Shown here: in pieces, positions 14,051 to 28,615 of the stretch
Position numbering within the stretch: the stretch's first letter is position 1
Layout: the number at the start of each line of letters is the position of its first letter
Source of the DNA: the human T2T-CHM13v2.0 reference genome, Homo sapiens
Assembly (NCBI RefSeq): GCF_009914755.1
Contig: NC_060935.1
Length of the DNA: 64,000 bases
Strand: one strand, 5' to 3'
Notes under the pieces: generated by a model
Database searches by the model: none
What the model was told of the DNA's origin: nothing
Seen by the model: only the letters and a program-made list of their open reading frames with translations
Translations under genes and position numbers: made by a program

Positions 14051-17000
14051 TGTGTCTACACATCAGGGGGCCAACCTCACTGTGCTGAGAGGCAAAAATG
14101 GAGAAAAAAGGGAGGTTGCCAAGATTTTGCTCCTGGTGGCCCCAGGCTTTGGAGTTTCAGAGACGGGTGAGAGAGGGAGTCGGGGCAGTCAGGACCCTGG
14201 TGTGAGTAGCATGCTTCGTAAAAGTGACTGGGAGAAACCTTGGGACGTCCTTGTCTAAACTAGACTCCTGGCCTGCGGAGAGCCACGCCCCACCTCCCTC
14301 AGTCCCTACCATTCGCTATCTTTCTGGGCTGCCTGTACATCCTGCTGCAGCCTTCCGAGGGCCACCCGGCAGGGAAACCGGAGCTGCAGGCAGGAGGCAC
14401 AGGCCGTTTCATCCACCCGGGGATGGGAGCGAGTTACAGGTGTGGCCATTGTTCCTGAGCACAGGTGGGGATAATGCATGCTGACAGCCCAAGGATGGGC
14501 CCCTGGCAGCCTCCATCGGCCTGGCCCGAGCCCCAGGGCAGCCCTCATGGGCACCCAAATTACAAAACGTCCTGTGAACTCTCCCCACGGTCCCGGCCTC
14601 TTCATGTGCTTCCAACGCCGGCGGCTTGGACACACCTGGGAGCAGCCACGGCCCATTCACGAAGCACTTTGGTGAAGGTCACCAACTGCAGGGACAGAGC
14701 GGGTATTGTCAAGGACGCCAGCCTAGCCTTTGTGCCCCGCCGTCTGCCCCGACCACAGGAATTCCTCACACTCACCCTCATTCACACCAGGAGGGTGCCC
14801 ACTGCCACTGGGGGCGGCCTCCCTCCCTCCCTCCCCATGCTATTTTCAGGCAGGAGGCTGGAGCCTCGGCCAAAGGAACCTCACCCACGATTTTCCAAAA
14901 CCTGATTGCCGTGGCTGTGTCTGTGATGGGCACAGACCCAGGGGCCGGGCCTGCCAAGACTCTCCCCGTGTGAATACCTGCACAGGGCACCTCCTGTGGG
15001 AACCGGGAGTCACACAGAGCCTGGCATTTGTCCCCAGCCTGTCTTGTGACATTAGGTAGATCAAAGCCCCATTGTAAAAAGTCATGTTGCCTCTGTTCAT
15101 CTGCTTGGAGCCTGTGTCCTAGGACGGCCCTTCCCTCGGCTCTGGCTCGGGGAGGGAGCTGACCGCCAACACATCTGCTCCCATTTGGGTCCTAGTGTTC
15201 CTCCTGGAAGGAGCCCCACCGAAAGTGAAATTGCCTTTCATGGGTCTGAGGCTGGGGCACACCCTGAGAAAGAATGAGAAAGCATGGGGCAGCGCAGCTC
15301 CTCTCCAAAGTCTTCAGAGGAACAAGTTCCTACTTGGCTCTACTACGGAACAGCAAGAAGGCAGAGAAAAATGTCACTGATGCCAAAATCCTGGAGGCTT
15401 CCTGAATCGGCGATGAGGGGTGGGGAGTTGGCAGAGGCTGGGGTGGGGGCAGCCTCTGTCCAGCAGCCCCTTGGGGCATGGCAGGGAAGGAGGTGATGGA
15501 AGGAGGTGAGAAGACACGAGGCTTTGACAATCCTGAATTGTGAGTGGTGGGGCGAGGTCAGATCCTTCCAGAGGGACAGCTTCCCCTTGACTCCCAAGCC
15601 TGACCGTTGTGTGTCAAATGAGGGGCAGTCAAATTGCTCAACCACCTGAGTGGTAGGTAACTTGTGAGCTGGAGGGATCTTTACCCACCTTACAGTCCTT
15701 AGGTAGTCCATTGGTATGGGCTGCCTGGAGCATGTCTGAGATGGGAGGAAAATGTGCCAAGATGGATTAGTAATGTCTGGATGGCTGCCAGTCTCTTAGT
15801 GATGGTGTGTGTGTCATGTGTTTGCCATCTCTGGTATGTTAGTCAGGATAAGCTAGGTTTTGCTGCCATAACAAATAAATCTCCAAACCTCAATTGCTTA
15901 TTGCTGTGAGAACTTATTTTCTCTCACTCAAATCCCAAAGTGAAGGGGGTGACTTGTTAGGACAGCTGTGCTCTACATAGTGATTCAGGGATCCAGCCTG
16001 TTTGCATCTCATGTGCTAATGGAGGGTCACATGGTGCTTCTCATGGCCTCAGCCTGGAAGTGACACACACGTCTCTTTTTACTTTTCATCATCCAGAACT
16101 GCTTCTGTGCAATCTGATCCCTGACTCCCTCAGAAGGCAGCAGGGGTCCAGGAGGGAAGAAAGTGGGATGGGTCTGTGGGGCAAAGAACATTATCTCTAC
16201 CACACTCAGACCCATCCTCTTTGTTATAGAGGATTGGGTTTCTATAACTCAATAGGGATGTGGGATGTGGTTTCTAGACAAGAAAGTGACTTGAACAAAG
16301 TCAACAAGGGGTGTTGGCACCGTTGGGACCAGCCTAACTACCATGTAGGCATTTTTTTTGATGTACCATAGTGCCAAATTGTCTAAGTCATTTTTTCAAT
16401 CTATCTCTCATCTTTCTTGTGAATTTTGTCATCCCCAGAGGTGATTTCTCTTACTGGAAAGTCTAGTGGAGGGACCATGTCCCTTGGCGGACTCTGCCAA
16501 TGGGTGCCCTTCTTAGAAGCACCGTGTCCTCTTTGCTGGGGTAAAGCCATTCAGTACTGGATGACTTGATGAAGGTAAACCATAGCTGCCCAGGGTCCTG
16601 GACACATGAGGCCTGCTCTTGATTAATCTATATCCCTTATTCCCCAAAGAGAATGGCAAAATCCTGGAGCTATGCTCATGTTTGAGTTCTGTATTGGACA
16701 GGACCATTTTGGGTGCAATTGGCTTGTGCATTTGTGTACTTGAAAAGCTCAGGGATTTCAGCTTCAGGAATGGCTGGATTCAGAAGCTCAAATGATATCA
16801 GAACTCGATCTCACTTTCTCCATTTCCCGTTTCTGTCTTCCTCTGAGAAGGCTTTAATCCCTGGATCCACTTTGATTGGTGAGACTGGGGTCGTATGCCC
16901 AACCCTAAACCAGCTACCATGGCCAGGGGAATAAGAAACACTGATTGACCAACCTGGATCTTGCAAACCTCCTTTGCCCCTCTTGATCCTCCTGGTCTGA

Positions 17001-18108
17001 AAAAGGCTTGCACTGGAATGGGGCCCTGATGCACAAGACACGGTGCCCCACTTTGCTCTCACCTGTTGCTAGTGATACACGTTCCAGGGCTTCTGTGCTG
17101 GAGAGGTAGAAGATCATACTGCAGAAGTCCAGTGGGAGGAGGTGCTCACTCTGCCCAGGAAATGGATCATCAGGGAAGGCTTCCTGGAGGAGATATGTTT
17201 ACCAGACAGCCAAAGGGGAATGAGGAGGGCATAGCAGCAGTGGAAACAGCAGGGGCAAAGGCAGGAGGGCAAAAAGACCACCCTAACCAGAGGACTCTGG
17301 TTGCTCAGTGTGATGGTGACTTGTTGGGGTGGAGGGGAGGGTAGCAGGGGGAGGGACATACAGGACCCAGGGCTGGTGAGGCTGTCTGGGGCCTGTTCTG
17401 ACCATGCCTTGAGATTGGGTGAGCTGGGTGGGAACCCTGAGGAGCAAAAGCAAACTTAAATTCCAAGGGGAGAAGAATGGGATGTGGGCTAGTGTAGACC
17501 TCAGATGGCTGAGCAGAGAGTAGGTGATGGGCATTTCTTAATTGTGACCCTGGGGCAGAGATGGATCTGGTGCCCAAAGAGGCTGGTCAGGCCAGGAAGC
17601 TCCTTGAAAGTCGGCCAGAGGAGCTAGGGTGTATCCTCCCCAAATGAAGACCCACTGAAGGGTTTCAAGCATGTGGGACTGTTTTCTGTGTGGACATATC
17701 ATTGAGGCTGCTGTGGTGTATGGTATGGGTTGGAGGAGGCAAGGCCAGCCGGAGAGAGGTAAGGGGCTAGTGCTAATGGCCGACTTCATGTTCACTAAGT
17801 GCATATTAGGCTCAGAACTAGGAGCTGGGTTTGGTAGATCTGGGAGCTGGGGCACAGCGAGGGATGAAGGGAGGGTGGAGGGTTAGAAGAGTCACTAACC
17901 CCCAGCTTTGAGAATTTCAGCCACTCCGTCCGCAGACAAGATGCATGAAGGAAGCAGACAAGGCATGAGGTTTCACAAATGCTCTGCACTAATATGCCCG
18001 CCTTACAGTCATAGCCTGGTTACTCTTTCTTTATATAAAATTATAACGGATATTCTAAACTTCTTTTCCTACTCTATAGTAAATTAGGAGCTCATACATT
18101 GGAAATGG

Positions 18109-18147
18109 TGTGTGTGTGTGTGTGTGTGTGTATGAGAGAGAGAGAGA
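18109..18147. repeat. (TG)n(AG)n compound microsatellite
   Basis: Read directly. Confidence 0.95.
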
Positions 18148-18735
18148 TTCAGGGGGTGCGAGAGAAGGGAGCAATAAAGGCAGCAGCTGAGATGGAGATA
18201 AAGTTCTCCTAAAGACATCCCATGAACTCATAAAGCTCGGCATTTTGGGCCACTGGTGTAAAGGTGATAGTTTTCTATAACTCAGTCCTACAGAAGAACA
18301 TCCCATTAGAAGATGGGAACATTAGCAAGTGTTGGTAGTTGCTCCATCTGGCCACTTCAAGGCAAGCAAGTCTTCTTGGCTTTGCCCAGAGTATCCACGA
18401 TGCTGGCACATCCTGGTGATTGCCAAGTGGGTGAATGGGTGAATGGATGCACGTTCCAATGACACCTGCGTTCTTTGAGCAATTGATCCTGTGGGGGAAA
18501 CTGACATCCCAGAAGATCTGTCGGGCTGCTGCCTGCCCCCAACCCCAATGCAGTGCCCTCGATAAGGAAAGTGAGCTCCATGGCTTCTGTTTAGGAAGAT
18601 GGGGAAGCTGCAATGCAATGAGGAAAAAAAAATCCCACCCCAAACGGGTTTGCATTTTAGGAAGTGTTTTGTTGTCCCTGCCAAGTGACAGTGTGGACTC
18701 AGGGTGGGGGAGGACTCTAGACTTGGCAAACCAGG

Positions 18736-19098
18736 TGTATTAGTCTGTTCTCACACTGCTATAAAGATACTACCTGAGACTGGATAATTTATGAAGAAAA
18801 GAGGTTTAATTGACTCACAGTTCCCCATGGCTGGGGAGGCCTCAGGAAACTTACAATCATGGCAGAAGGTGAAGGGGAGGCAAGGCACATCTTCACAAGG
18901 CGGCAGGAGAGAGAGCGCGAGGAAGGAAGTGCCACATTTTTAAATCATCAGATCTCATGAGAACTTACTCAATATCATGAGAACAACATGGGGGAAATTG
19001 CCCCCATAATCCAATCACCTCCTACCAGGTTCCTTCCTAACACATGGGAATTATAATTCAAGATGAGATTTGGGTGGGGACACAGCCAAACCATATCA
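18736..19098 (-). mobile_element. THE1 (C/D-like) MaLR solo LTR
   Basis: tgtattagtc...ccaaaccatatca; perfect 5-bp TSD CCAGG (18731-18735, 19099-19103). Confidence 0.92.
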
Positions 19099-19199
19099 CC
19101 AGGGGACAAGGAGTGGTTCAGAGCAAAGCTGTCATCGCAGCTTGGGTGGCCGTAGGAGATGGAAATACCCCACTCTGCTTAAGCCTCTCTGATGCCAGG

Positions 19200-19685
19200 C
19201 ACCCTGTGACTGCAGCCAACCCACTTCTTAATCCCTGGGAACTGTGAATACATGACCTTACATGGCAAAAGGGACTTTGCAGTTGTGATAAAGTGAAGGA
19301 TCTTGACACGGGAGAGGACCCTGGGTTGGGAGGGTGGCCCTCCCTTATGAGAGGGAGGAAGGGGGAGTTGGAGCCAGAGGAGATGTGCAGATGGGAGCAG
19401 GGCTTGGAGAGCTGTACTTTGAAGAACGAGGGAGAGGGCCACCAGTGCAGAGGGAGGGAGGGGCCACCAGCGCAGAGGGAGGGAGAGGCCACCAGCACAG
19501 GGATTTGGGTGACCTCTAAAAGCAGAAAAGACAAGACAAGAATTCTCCTTGAGGGCCTCCAGAAGGAACATGACTCCATTGAGGACTTCTGACCTCCAGG
19601 ATTCTGGGATCAATAAATGTGTGCTGTTTAGAAGCTGCTAAGTATGTGGTCATTTATTACAGCAGCAATTGGAAACAAGTATACA
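19200..19685 (+). mobile_element. MLT1D-like LTR with an internal ~25-bp triplication (~19428-19500)
   Basis: ccttacatggcaaaagggactttgcag; gacttctgacctccag; ttacagcagcaattggaaacaagtataca. Confidence 0.8.
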
Positions 19686-20074
19686 AGTCCCAGCTAACAC
19701 ACCTGCCACATTCCCAAGTGAGAGGCAGAGCCTGGTAATGGAAGGGCCCAGTGGTTTGGGTCCTGGGTCTGCCCCGGCTCAAGTGCCCTGGGTGCTGCTC
19801 ACCCCTGGACATCATGCTCCTTTCATCCACCGGGAGCTCTGCTTCTCTCTTCCTTGGATACCTGCCATTCACTCACTCACGACTTTTTCATTCCCCTATT
19901 AAGGCCACCGAGTGCAGGGATGCAGGAATGGAGGAAAAGAAGAGGACCAAAACCTGCTGGTCCCAGGTCCCCTGCCTCTTCCTTCTGGTGGGAGGGCCTG
20001 GGGGTGCAAACCCAATGCTGGGCCTCCAGCTCCCCAGCACACAGCTGCATATGAGAGGCTCCTGCAGACAGGTG

Positions 20075-20252
20075 CCGTCATGGGCTGAATTGTGTTCCCC
20101 AAAATTTATGTGTTGCAGCTCTAACCCTCAAAACCTCTGCATATGACTGCATTTGGAGATAGGGCTTTAAAGAGGCAATTAAGTTTAAATGAGGTCGTTA
20201 GGGTGGACTCGTGTCTTTATAAGAAAAGGAGATTAGGACACACACAGAGGGA
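20075..20252 (+). mobile_element. MLT1A/B 5' fragment
   Basis: gggctgaattgtgttcccc...tttggagatagggctttaaagagg. Confidence 0.75.
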
Positions 20253-21239
20253 TTGAGAGCAGACTGGCCCCTGTGAGGACTCTGAGGGACAGAGCCCTGT
20301 TCCTGGAGCCTCTGCATGCCCTGGGAAGTGTGGGGAGTAGGCAGGGCCCCCAGCCAAGGCTGAGGCTGTCCCTCCTAGGCTTCCTGCCTTGCAAAGCCAG
20401 AGTCACCCTGCGGGTCCTTGACTCACTCTGTAGAGCCCCTTCCTACCTTGGCCAAGCTTTGTCTGGGCTAGCATCAGTGAGAAGATACTTGGGAAGAGTT
20501 TTTACCCACTAAGGGCAGCTTAGGAGGAAGGAAAGGCAGAGGTAGAGTGAGCACTGGGGGTTTGAGTCACAGGCAGGCACAGGAGGAGGCCACCAGAGTT
20601 CCATCTTTGTGACGCAGCACCATGGAGTTCCTGTGTTGGTCTCTGAGTCTTTGCCCATGTTATTCCCTCTACCTGGAAGGCTTGCCCCTTCTCTGGGCCA
20701 GCTCGGATCCTCCTCATCAAGACAGGAAGAGAGTAGGGACTACTGTCTGCCAGATCTCTGCCCACACCATTGGCACCTTGTCCACAAAGCACTCCTGTGA
20801 CCGCCCAGTGCCTTCCTCAAGCCATGCACCTGGGCTCATGGGGACCACTCATGCCCAGGGGATGGGAGTAGAGCCTTATTTTTAGACCCAGGGTTGATTT
20901 CGTGAGACTTTCTGGGAAAGTATTTATTGAAAGGGGAAGTCCTAAGAGATTAGAAATTTACCCAGTAATTGACGAATCTGATACTTAGAGAAAAACCCCC
21001 TTCCCACAAGGGGCTTGTATCTGCTGACCCTGCACACTTGTCTGTTCCTGGCATTCACTGTTTATCTGCTGTGAATTAGAAACAAAACAAAACAAAAAAG
21101 ACAGCTATTAGCATGCAAACCCCAGGAGAACTGGCCCCCTGTGATTTGCATGAGAACAAAAGCTCTTTCCAATGTCCTGGGGCTCAAGTCTTCAGGATAG
21201 CCTTAACTTCCAAACCAGGCAGGGCTTCAAAGCCGGAAC

Positions 21240-21635
21240 TGGGGAACTCCTATGTGGGCTCTCTGGACCAGCAGCATCAGCATCACTTGGGCAGTAGGTA
21301 GAAAGGCAAGATCTCAGGCCCCTCCTCAGACTTGCTGAATCAGAAACCTTGGGAGTAAATCGAGAGATAGTCCATGTTGATGGATTGGAAGACTCAATAT
21401 TAAGATGCCAATTCTTCCCAATTTCATCTGTAGATCAGCACAATTCCATTCAAAGTCCCAGCAAGCTACTTTATAGTTATTATAAAACTGATTCTAGAAT
21501 TTATATGGAAAGACACAGGGAACAGAGTAACCAATGCAATTCTAAAGAAGGAGCTTTAGGGGAGGATTGGCCATCTGTACTTTAACAAGCCCTCGAGCTG
21601 GGTCTGATGCACACTATAGTTTGGAAACTATTGGG
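21240..21635. mobile_element. MER5A (hAT-Charlie) interrupted by an internal L1M ORF2 fragment (~21355-21552)
   Basis: ggaccagcagcatcagcatcacttgg...gaatcagaaac | L1 tggattggaagactcaatattaagatg | ctgtactttaacaagccctc...agtttggaaactattg. Confidence 0.75.
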
Positions 21636-22299
21636 TTAGTAAGGAAATTCTGGGGGAGGGGGTGGGTTGGGGAGGGAGCCATATCCAGAGGCTTCTTCAT
21701 TCACTGAGCCCCTCCCTATTCCATTCCATCTCCCCCTTCAGCCTTGAAACTGGACTTCTCTTGGTGGCAGGGATCTGAGTATTTAATGCCTTGCTCTTGC
21801 CTCTCCCTTTTCATTATTCCTTTCTTTGATAGACGAGCTCTATCAAGAAGCTCTCAAGGCCTGTCACCCACCTGACTCACCCAATAAAACTGACACTTCC
21901 ATTTCCCATCAAACACATGCCAAGAATTGCTTTCGGGGTGGAGAAGGAAGTAAATCTGATTAGGCAAAGATGAAGTTTTCTCTAGCATAAAGGGTTGGTG
22001 AGAAAAAAGGCAAGTTATGCCCATACATGAATACAGCTTGTTTGTCATATATATGTTAAATACCAAGGTAATCTTGGTCCCTTTTGCAAACCAACAGCTG
22101 ATTAATAATTCAAACAAATGCTGCTCAGTTGCATCTCTATCACCACTGGCCACCACCTCGTTTATCCTGACACCTCCTAAAAGGACCGTGGCCACTTCTT
22201 TCCCCTGGATGCCTCCTTCCTTTACAGCTGGTGTCATCCTCCAATCTTTCCTCCACTCTGGCCATCAGAGTGGCTTTCCTAAAGCATAGTCTTGTAAGA

Positions 22300-23360
22300 C
22301 TTTTTTAAAAGTGTTTTGTGTAGTTAATTCTTTTATTTCTGTTTCCTTAATGGCTTCTTCGTTTCCTATCTTGTTGGGAAGACTTCCTGCATGATGAAGT
22401 TATATGAATATTTTCCTTTATTATCATCCATACACTTATAATTTGGGCCTTTTGTTTATTTGTAATAGGTTATCACTCTGTCACCCAGGCTGGAGTGCAG
22501 CGTCACAATCATAGCTCGCTGCAGCCTCAAACTCCTGAGCTCAAGTGATCCTCCCACCTCAGCCTCCCTGGTAGCTGGGACCACAGGTGCACACCACCAC
22601 ATTGGCTAATTTTTGTATTTTTTTGTAGAGATGGGGTCTCCCTATGTTTTTCAGGTTGGTCTTGAACCCTGGGCTCAAGCAATCTGCCTGCCTCAGCCTC
22701 CTGAATTGCTGGGATTATAGGCATGAGCCACTGTGCCTGGCCTTTATAGTTTTAAAAAACAACTCTTTCAATTCATTTGGAAGTCATTTTTGTATATGGT
22801 ATGAGGTAGGGATTTAACTTAAAAGTCTTCCAAATGAATAGTCATTTTCCCAACCCTCTTAAACCCAGAATTTGTCCTTTGTCATATTTTCAGTCCCTAA
22901 ATATACTTGGAGAAATGACTGGGCCCTCTGTTTTGTTTCACTTATCTGTTTACCCCAGGAGTACAGGGTTTAATTACTGTAGCTTCAGCATGGGTTCAAA
23001 ATCTGGTCAAGCCCCAACCCCCTTTCTCTTTCTGAAGCTATTTTGACAATTTTTGCAGGTTGATTTGTTTTTCATGTGAACACCAGATTCATACAGTCCA
23101 ATTTCAAAACAATAAAGATTTTATCTAGTTTTAAAAGAAATGACACAACCCAAACTGAGAACCTTGTTGGGATTCCGAATGGAAAAGAACACACCTATTA
23201 ATCCTTGAAGGCTTTGCCAACTGTGATAATAAAGTCTTCTTGAAGATCATTTCTCTTCATTCACTCAGGACTTGATTTATGTTCTTCAGGTACATTTCAT
23301 CATTTTTGTCCTAGAGATCTAGTGCTTTTCTTATTAAACTTATTTCTAAGTATTTTATGG
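22300..23360 (-). mobile_element. Old antisense L1M with an inserted antisense AluJ (~22472-22742)
   Basis: tttttgtatatggtatgaggtaggg is L1 antisense text; AluJ diagnostics (gctcaagtgatcctccc). Confidence 0.75.
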
Positions 23361-24389
23361 TTAGCTCACCAAGATTAGGAAATTGGAATGTGGCAGGGCT
23401 GGGGAAAGCAGAGCAAAATCAATCACACATGACAACCAAGTATCTAGAAAGCACTTACTCTAGGGGGGCAGTGGCCACACCAGTTTTCAAGCCAGAGTCA
23501 CAGAAATTTCTGGAGTTGTACTCAGCTCTAAGTAAGATATTCTCCTAGATTCCCTTCTAGCTCACACTTGCTGTTATACTACACTTAGGGTATCAGGAAT
23601 CATCTGGAACTTGCCAGATTGATGATGGCATTAGGGGTGATTGCTCCCCTGCCTCCTCAACTCCACTACCTTCTTACAGAAACTGGTAGCCTGTCTAGAA
23701 CTCCTGTGTCTCTTTTAAGACTTAAAGTACCAAATGACAACAGCATTGGCTGGGGCAACTTGAAGAGGTATGAGGGGTATTTGAGGATGCGGCTGGCATT
23801 CCTGGACCCCTCCACTTTTGCTGATTATGTCTACAGGCCAGTCTCCTGCCCCATCTCCTGCACCCCCTACAAAGGAGGAGATTGTTCTCTGGTTTCTGGC
23901 TGACCTTGAGGGATTATTCACAAACACAGGGATCACATTCACATCTCGCCACCAGCATGGTCTCTGGGACCCAGCTGCAATGTTAAATGAGAGGGCAGCC
24001 TGGAACCTGGGAGGATGGGATCTTCGGGTCTGCTTCTGCCTGTGCCTGGAGGGCTGGGCCTCCAGGATGGGTCCTGACTCTGTATCATGGTCCACTCCTC
24101 ACACCAAATGTGTTCTAGATACTGGGTGGCCCCAATCCCACCAGAAGACGGGGCAGTGGCAATTTTTCCAATGATCTCAGGGTGGAGATTTCTACCTCTG
24201 ATCTTCGGGGTGGAAATCCATGAGATCACTTTTCTTTTTTTTTCCAGGCCTTCAATGCTGGGCCTCTATCCTGCCCACGTGGTTGGTGGGGCAGATTCGT
24301 GGCTCTCCTCAACACCTTCATGGATTAACAAACAGTCTCATGCTCAGTAAATGGAAAGTCCAGTCCAGTCTAAGTCAGAGCTTCAGTCT

Positions 24390-24694
24390 TTTTTTTTTTT
24401 TTTTTTTTTTTTTGAGACGTAGTCACGCACTGTCGCCCAGGCTGGAGTGCAGTGGCACGATCTCGGCTCACTGCAACCTCTGCCCCTCCAGGTTTAAGCA
24501 ATTCTCTGCCTCAGCCTCTGGAGTAGCTGGGATTACAGGCACGTGCCACCATGCCCAGCTAATTTTTTGTATTTTTAGTAGAGATGGGGTTTCACCATCT
24601 TGGCCAGTCTGGTCTTGAACTCCTGACCTCGTGATCCACCTGCCTTAACCTCCCAAAGTGCTGGGATTACAGGCATGAGCCACAGCGCCCGGCC
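24390..24694 (-). mobile_element. AluS (Sg-like)
   Basis: Full antisense Alu; 13-bp TSD AGAGCTTCAGTCT (24377-24389, 24695-24707). Confidence 0.95.
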
Positions 24695-25399
24695 AGAGCT
24701 TCAGTCTCTTATCCCATGTACACCCTCTTCCCCACTCCACGGCTCCTGCTAGGGTGGGCAGCTGTCATGGGGAGGGCCTGGGCTGTGGTTTCTGCTGCAT
24801 TCTTCCTTTTTCCTTCTTCCCCCATGAGGCTTGGAGTTTCTCCTCTGGCGTGTGCCTTTGATGTCTGGCTTTGGGCCTTTCCCCATTGGGAACCCCTAGC
24901 ATGAGTCTCTGGCCCTGGCCAGGTGCCTTCAGCTAAGGGCCTGTGACTGCTCCCATCCTGGGCTCCTCTCTAGGGAGGGCCTCAGGTGGCTCCTGGTGGT
25001 CTCTCACCCTCATAGGAAATGTCCTTTCAAGATGACCCACTCATGGCTTCTTTTCATGGCTGTCCACCATGACTCACTTTCCCCTCCATGCCTGAAGATG
25101 GCCACCCCGAGGGCAGCTCTGGCCACCCCTCATTTAGGCAGTGCAGGCAGGGGTCAGCACCAGGCTCTGCATCCTCCAAAACTCTAAAATCTCCTGCAGA
25201 CCCTCAGAGATGCTTCTGAGGACCCCCTCACCTGGCCTGAGATGCGAGTGAGAAGAACACCTCTCTCTTCACTGTCAACACAAGTAAATAACAAGTATTG
25301 GTGAGGATGTGGAGAAACCAGAACCCTTGTACACTGTTGGTGGGAAGGCAAAATGGTACAGCCACATTGGAAAACACTTTGGCAGTTTAGCAGATGGAT

Positions 25400-25814
25400 G
25401 ATCCATCCATCCATCCATCCATCCATCCATCCCTCTGTCTATCCATTGATCCATCCATCAATCCATCCCTCCATCCATCCATCCATCCACCCATTCATCC
25501 GTCTGTCCATCCATCCATCCATCCATCCATCCACCCATCCATCCTTCTGTCTGTCCATCCATCCATCCATCTGTCCATCCATTCATCTGTCCACTCATCT
25601 GTCCATCCATCCATCCATCCACCCACCCATCCTTCCACCCATCCATCCTTCCATCTATCTATCTGTCCATTCGTCTGTCCACCCGTCTGTCCATCCGTGC
25701 ATCCATCCATCCATCCATCCGTCCGTCCATCCATCTGTCCATCCATTCATCTGTCCACCCATCTGTCCATCCACCCACCTGTCTGTCCATCCATCCATCT
25801 GTCCATCCATCCAT

Positions 25815-25847
<33 letters not shown>

Positions 25848-26040
25848 TGTCCATCCATCCATCCATCCATCCATCCATCCATCCATCCATCCAACCATCC
25901 ACCCACCCATCCATCCATCCATCCATCCATCCATCCTTCCATCCATCTGTCTGTCCATTCATCTGTCCATCTATCCATCCATCCATCCATCCATCCATCC
26001 ATCCATCCATCCATCCACTCACCCATCCATCCACACTCAC
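25400..26040. repeat. (TCCA)n tract, ~640 bp
   Basis: Read directly; preceded by an L1M 3' fragment (~25285-25395), followed by an antisense L2 end. Confidence 0.97.
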
Positions 26041-28159
26041 TGAGCACCTGCTACATCCTGCTCAGAGTCTGGTGGGAAGACAGATGTGTAAACAGACAAT
26101 GACAACTCAACATCCAGGGCCATGATGGAGAATCATTTCCCACTCTAGGTTCTGAAAGCAGTAGTCCAGTACCCTTTTCCTGCTCTGGGCTGTGTCTCCG
26201 TGTAGCTGATATGACTCTGATGATGTCATCCTCTAGACCTCAGTTGCTCTTCTGGAGTTACAAGGAAGCAGAAGAAATTCATTAGGTGCCCCGAACTTGA
26301 GGGCAGGGCCCAGACCAGGGCACTCCTGGCCTGGGTAAGCCCTGGCTTCCTCCCTGACCAGCTGTGTGACCTCAAGTCTGTCACTGCCCCCACCCCCGAC
26401 ACCCGTCCCCACAGCCCCCACCATGAAGAGACTGGGCTGGCTGCTTTCCAAGATCACTCTGAATTCTTGTCTGGGAGCTAAGATATTTCTGTCATGTGCG
26501 GAGCAGGCTGTCCTGCTTCCCAAGCCCAGGGCATTTTGCACCTCTGTGTTTCCTCCTGCCCTACTGCACCCTCCCACCTGCACTGGGCCATAGCATGTAC
26601 TCAGCCCTCCCCTAAATGTTGCACTCATGCTCTGAATCCCAGCTCAGAAGTCATCTCCTGGGTGGGTTCCCTCAGTGCCAGCAGAACCCCTGCCCTGTGT
26701 CCCAGTCATGGAATATGCCCCTGATGTAGCCCTTATTCCATCTCATGCTGGCCCTTTTGGCAATGGAGTCTGTGGGGCACCAGGACAAGCCTGAGGGGTT
26801 TGCCAGAACGTGAGGCTCCGTCCTTGCAGGTGTCCCAGGACTTTTGGCTGCTCTGTGACCCCCTGGGTCCTCAGCCCTCTTTGAGGCCGTGTGTGGCCAT
26901 GTGAGGCCCCAGACCCTGTGACAGAGGCCTCCCCACACCTCCTGAGTAGAAAGAACGGAACAATAACAGGGCAGATGCGGCGCCTTTGCCCTTCAACCCT
27001 GGGGCTGTGTTTTGCAAAGGACCAGAAGGATCAGAAGGGTCTGAAGGGTCTGAAGAGAACCGAGCCCCAAATGCCCCACACCTGGCATCAAGGAGGTGAC
27101 TAGGAGGCTCCTAAGGGTGCTGAATCACTAGCTTCCCTGGTTGGGCCTGGCTGAGGGAGGCAGGGGTTGTTGGCAGTAAGGAGGGAGGGAACAAGGAAGC
27201 ATCTACAGGGAATGCCACCCAAGACCCAAGATTTGGCCTGCCCTGGGCCCTGGGGAGGGAGCGGCTACACCAGAGCATGGCCTTCAACCCTCCCCTGGCC
27301 GCTGCTCCCCTCCAGCGTGTATCTGCTTTGGGTGGGAGGAGCAAGGTCACTGTCTTCCTTGCTGGGGTGGCTGGGAGGGAATGTGCCCTATCTGTAGACA
27401 CCAGGCAGCCAGAGAGACCCTGCTGTGTGGGAATGGTCTGGATGCCAGCATAACCTGCAGTCTCACGAGGAAGAGCTCACAGACAGAGTGTAGGTGCACA
27501 CAGCCAGAAGCCAGGGGCAGATGTGCAGGATGTTTACGTGCCCTGTCTCTTGCTCTGCTGCCCATGTCCCTCACTGGCCCCATGGCTCTGAGGCCCAGAG
27601 AATGCAGTGCAGGGACTCTCAGTACTGCTGAGTGCCTACTGTATGCCTACTATATGTAACCCGGCACTGGGTGCCTTGGGGCCTCCAAAGCAAGGCCCCG
27701 TGACCCTGTTCTAGAGCTCACAGCCACGACTGAGGGCTGGGATGAGGGGCAGGCTGGTATATAATGACAGTGACCAGCCGAGGGTCTCCAGGCCCTGCAG
27801 GAGCCTCAGCTGAGGAGCTCAGAACACAGAGTAAGGGTCCCGCAGGTAACAAAGTTGGGGCTCCCCATTCTCACCCCCAATATGTGTTTATCAAGCACAC
27901 CACAGTGGGGCCAGCACTGCAGTGAACAATCACACACACGTGTGACGTCACCCTCTAGAAAGGATGGAGAAGAGAGGGAGGGATCAGCCCTGGGCAGCCA
28001 GGGAAGGACCCTCTGAAGAAGTGACAGGCAAGCTGTGGGTGGTGGGGACCTGGGAGGGCAGGGAAGAGGGACAAGAGGCTAGACCACAGCTGGGGCTCAG
28101 TGACGTGGGGTTTCATGGGTCGTGCAAATGATGAGGGATCTTATCCTGGATTTTGCTAA

Positions 28160-28615
<456 letters not shown>

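Noticed and set aside
25353-26125. HPSI / MDGW repeat ORFs (also at 5.7, 34.6 and 37.7 kb)
   Set aside because: Translations of (TCCA)n tracts.
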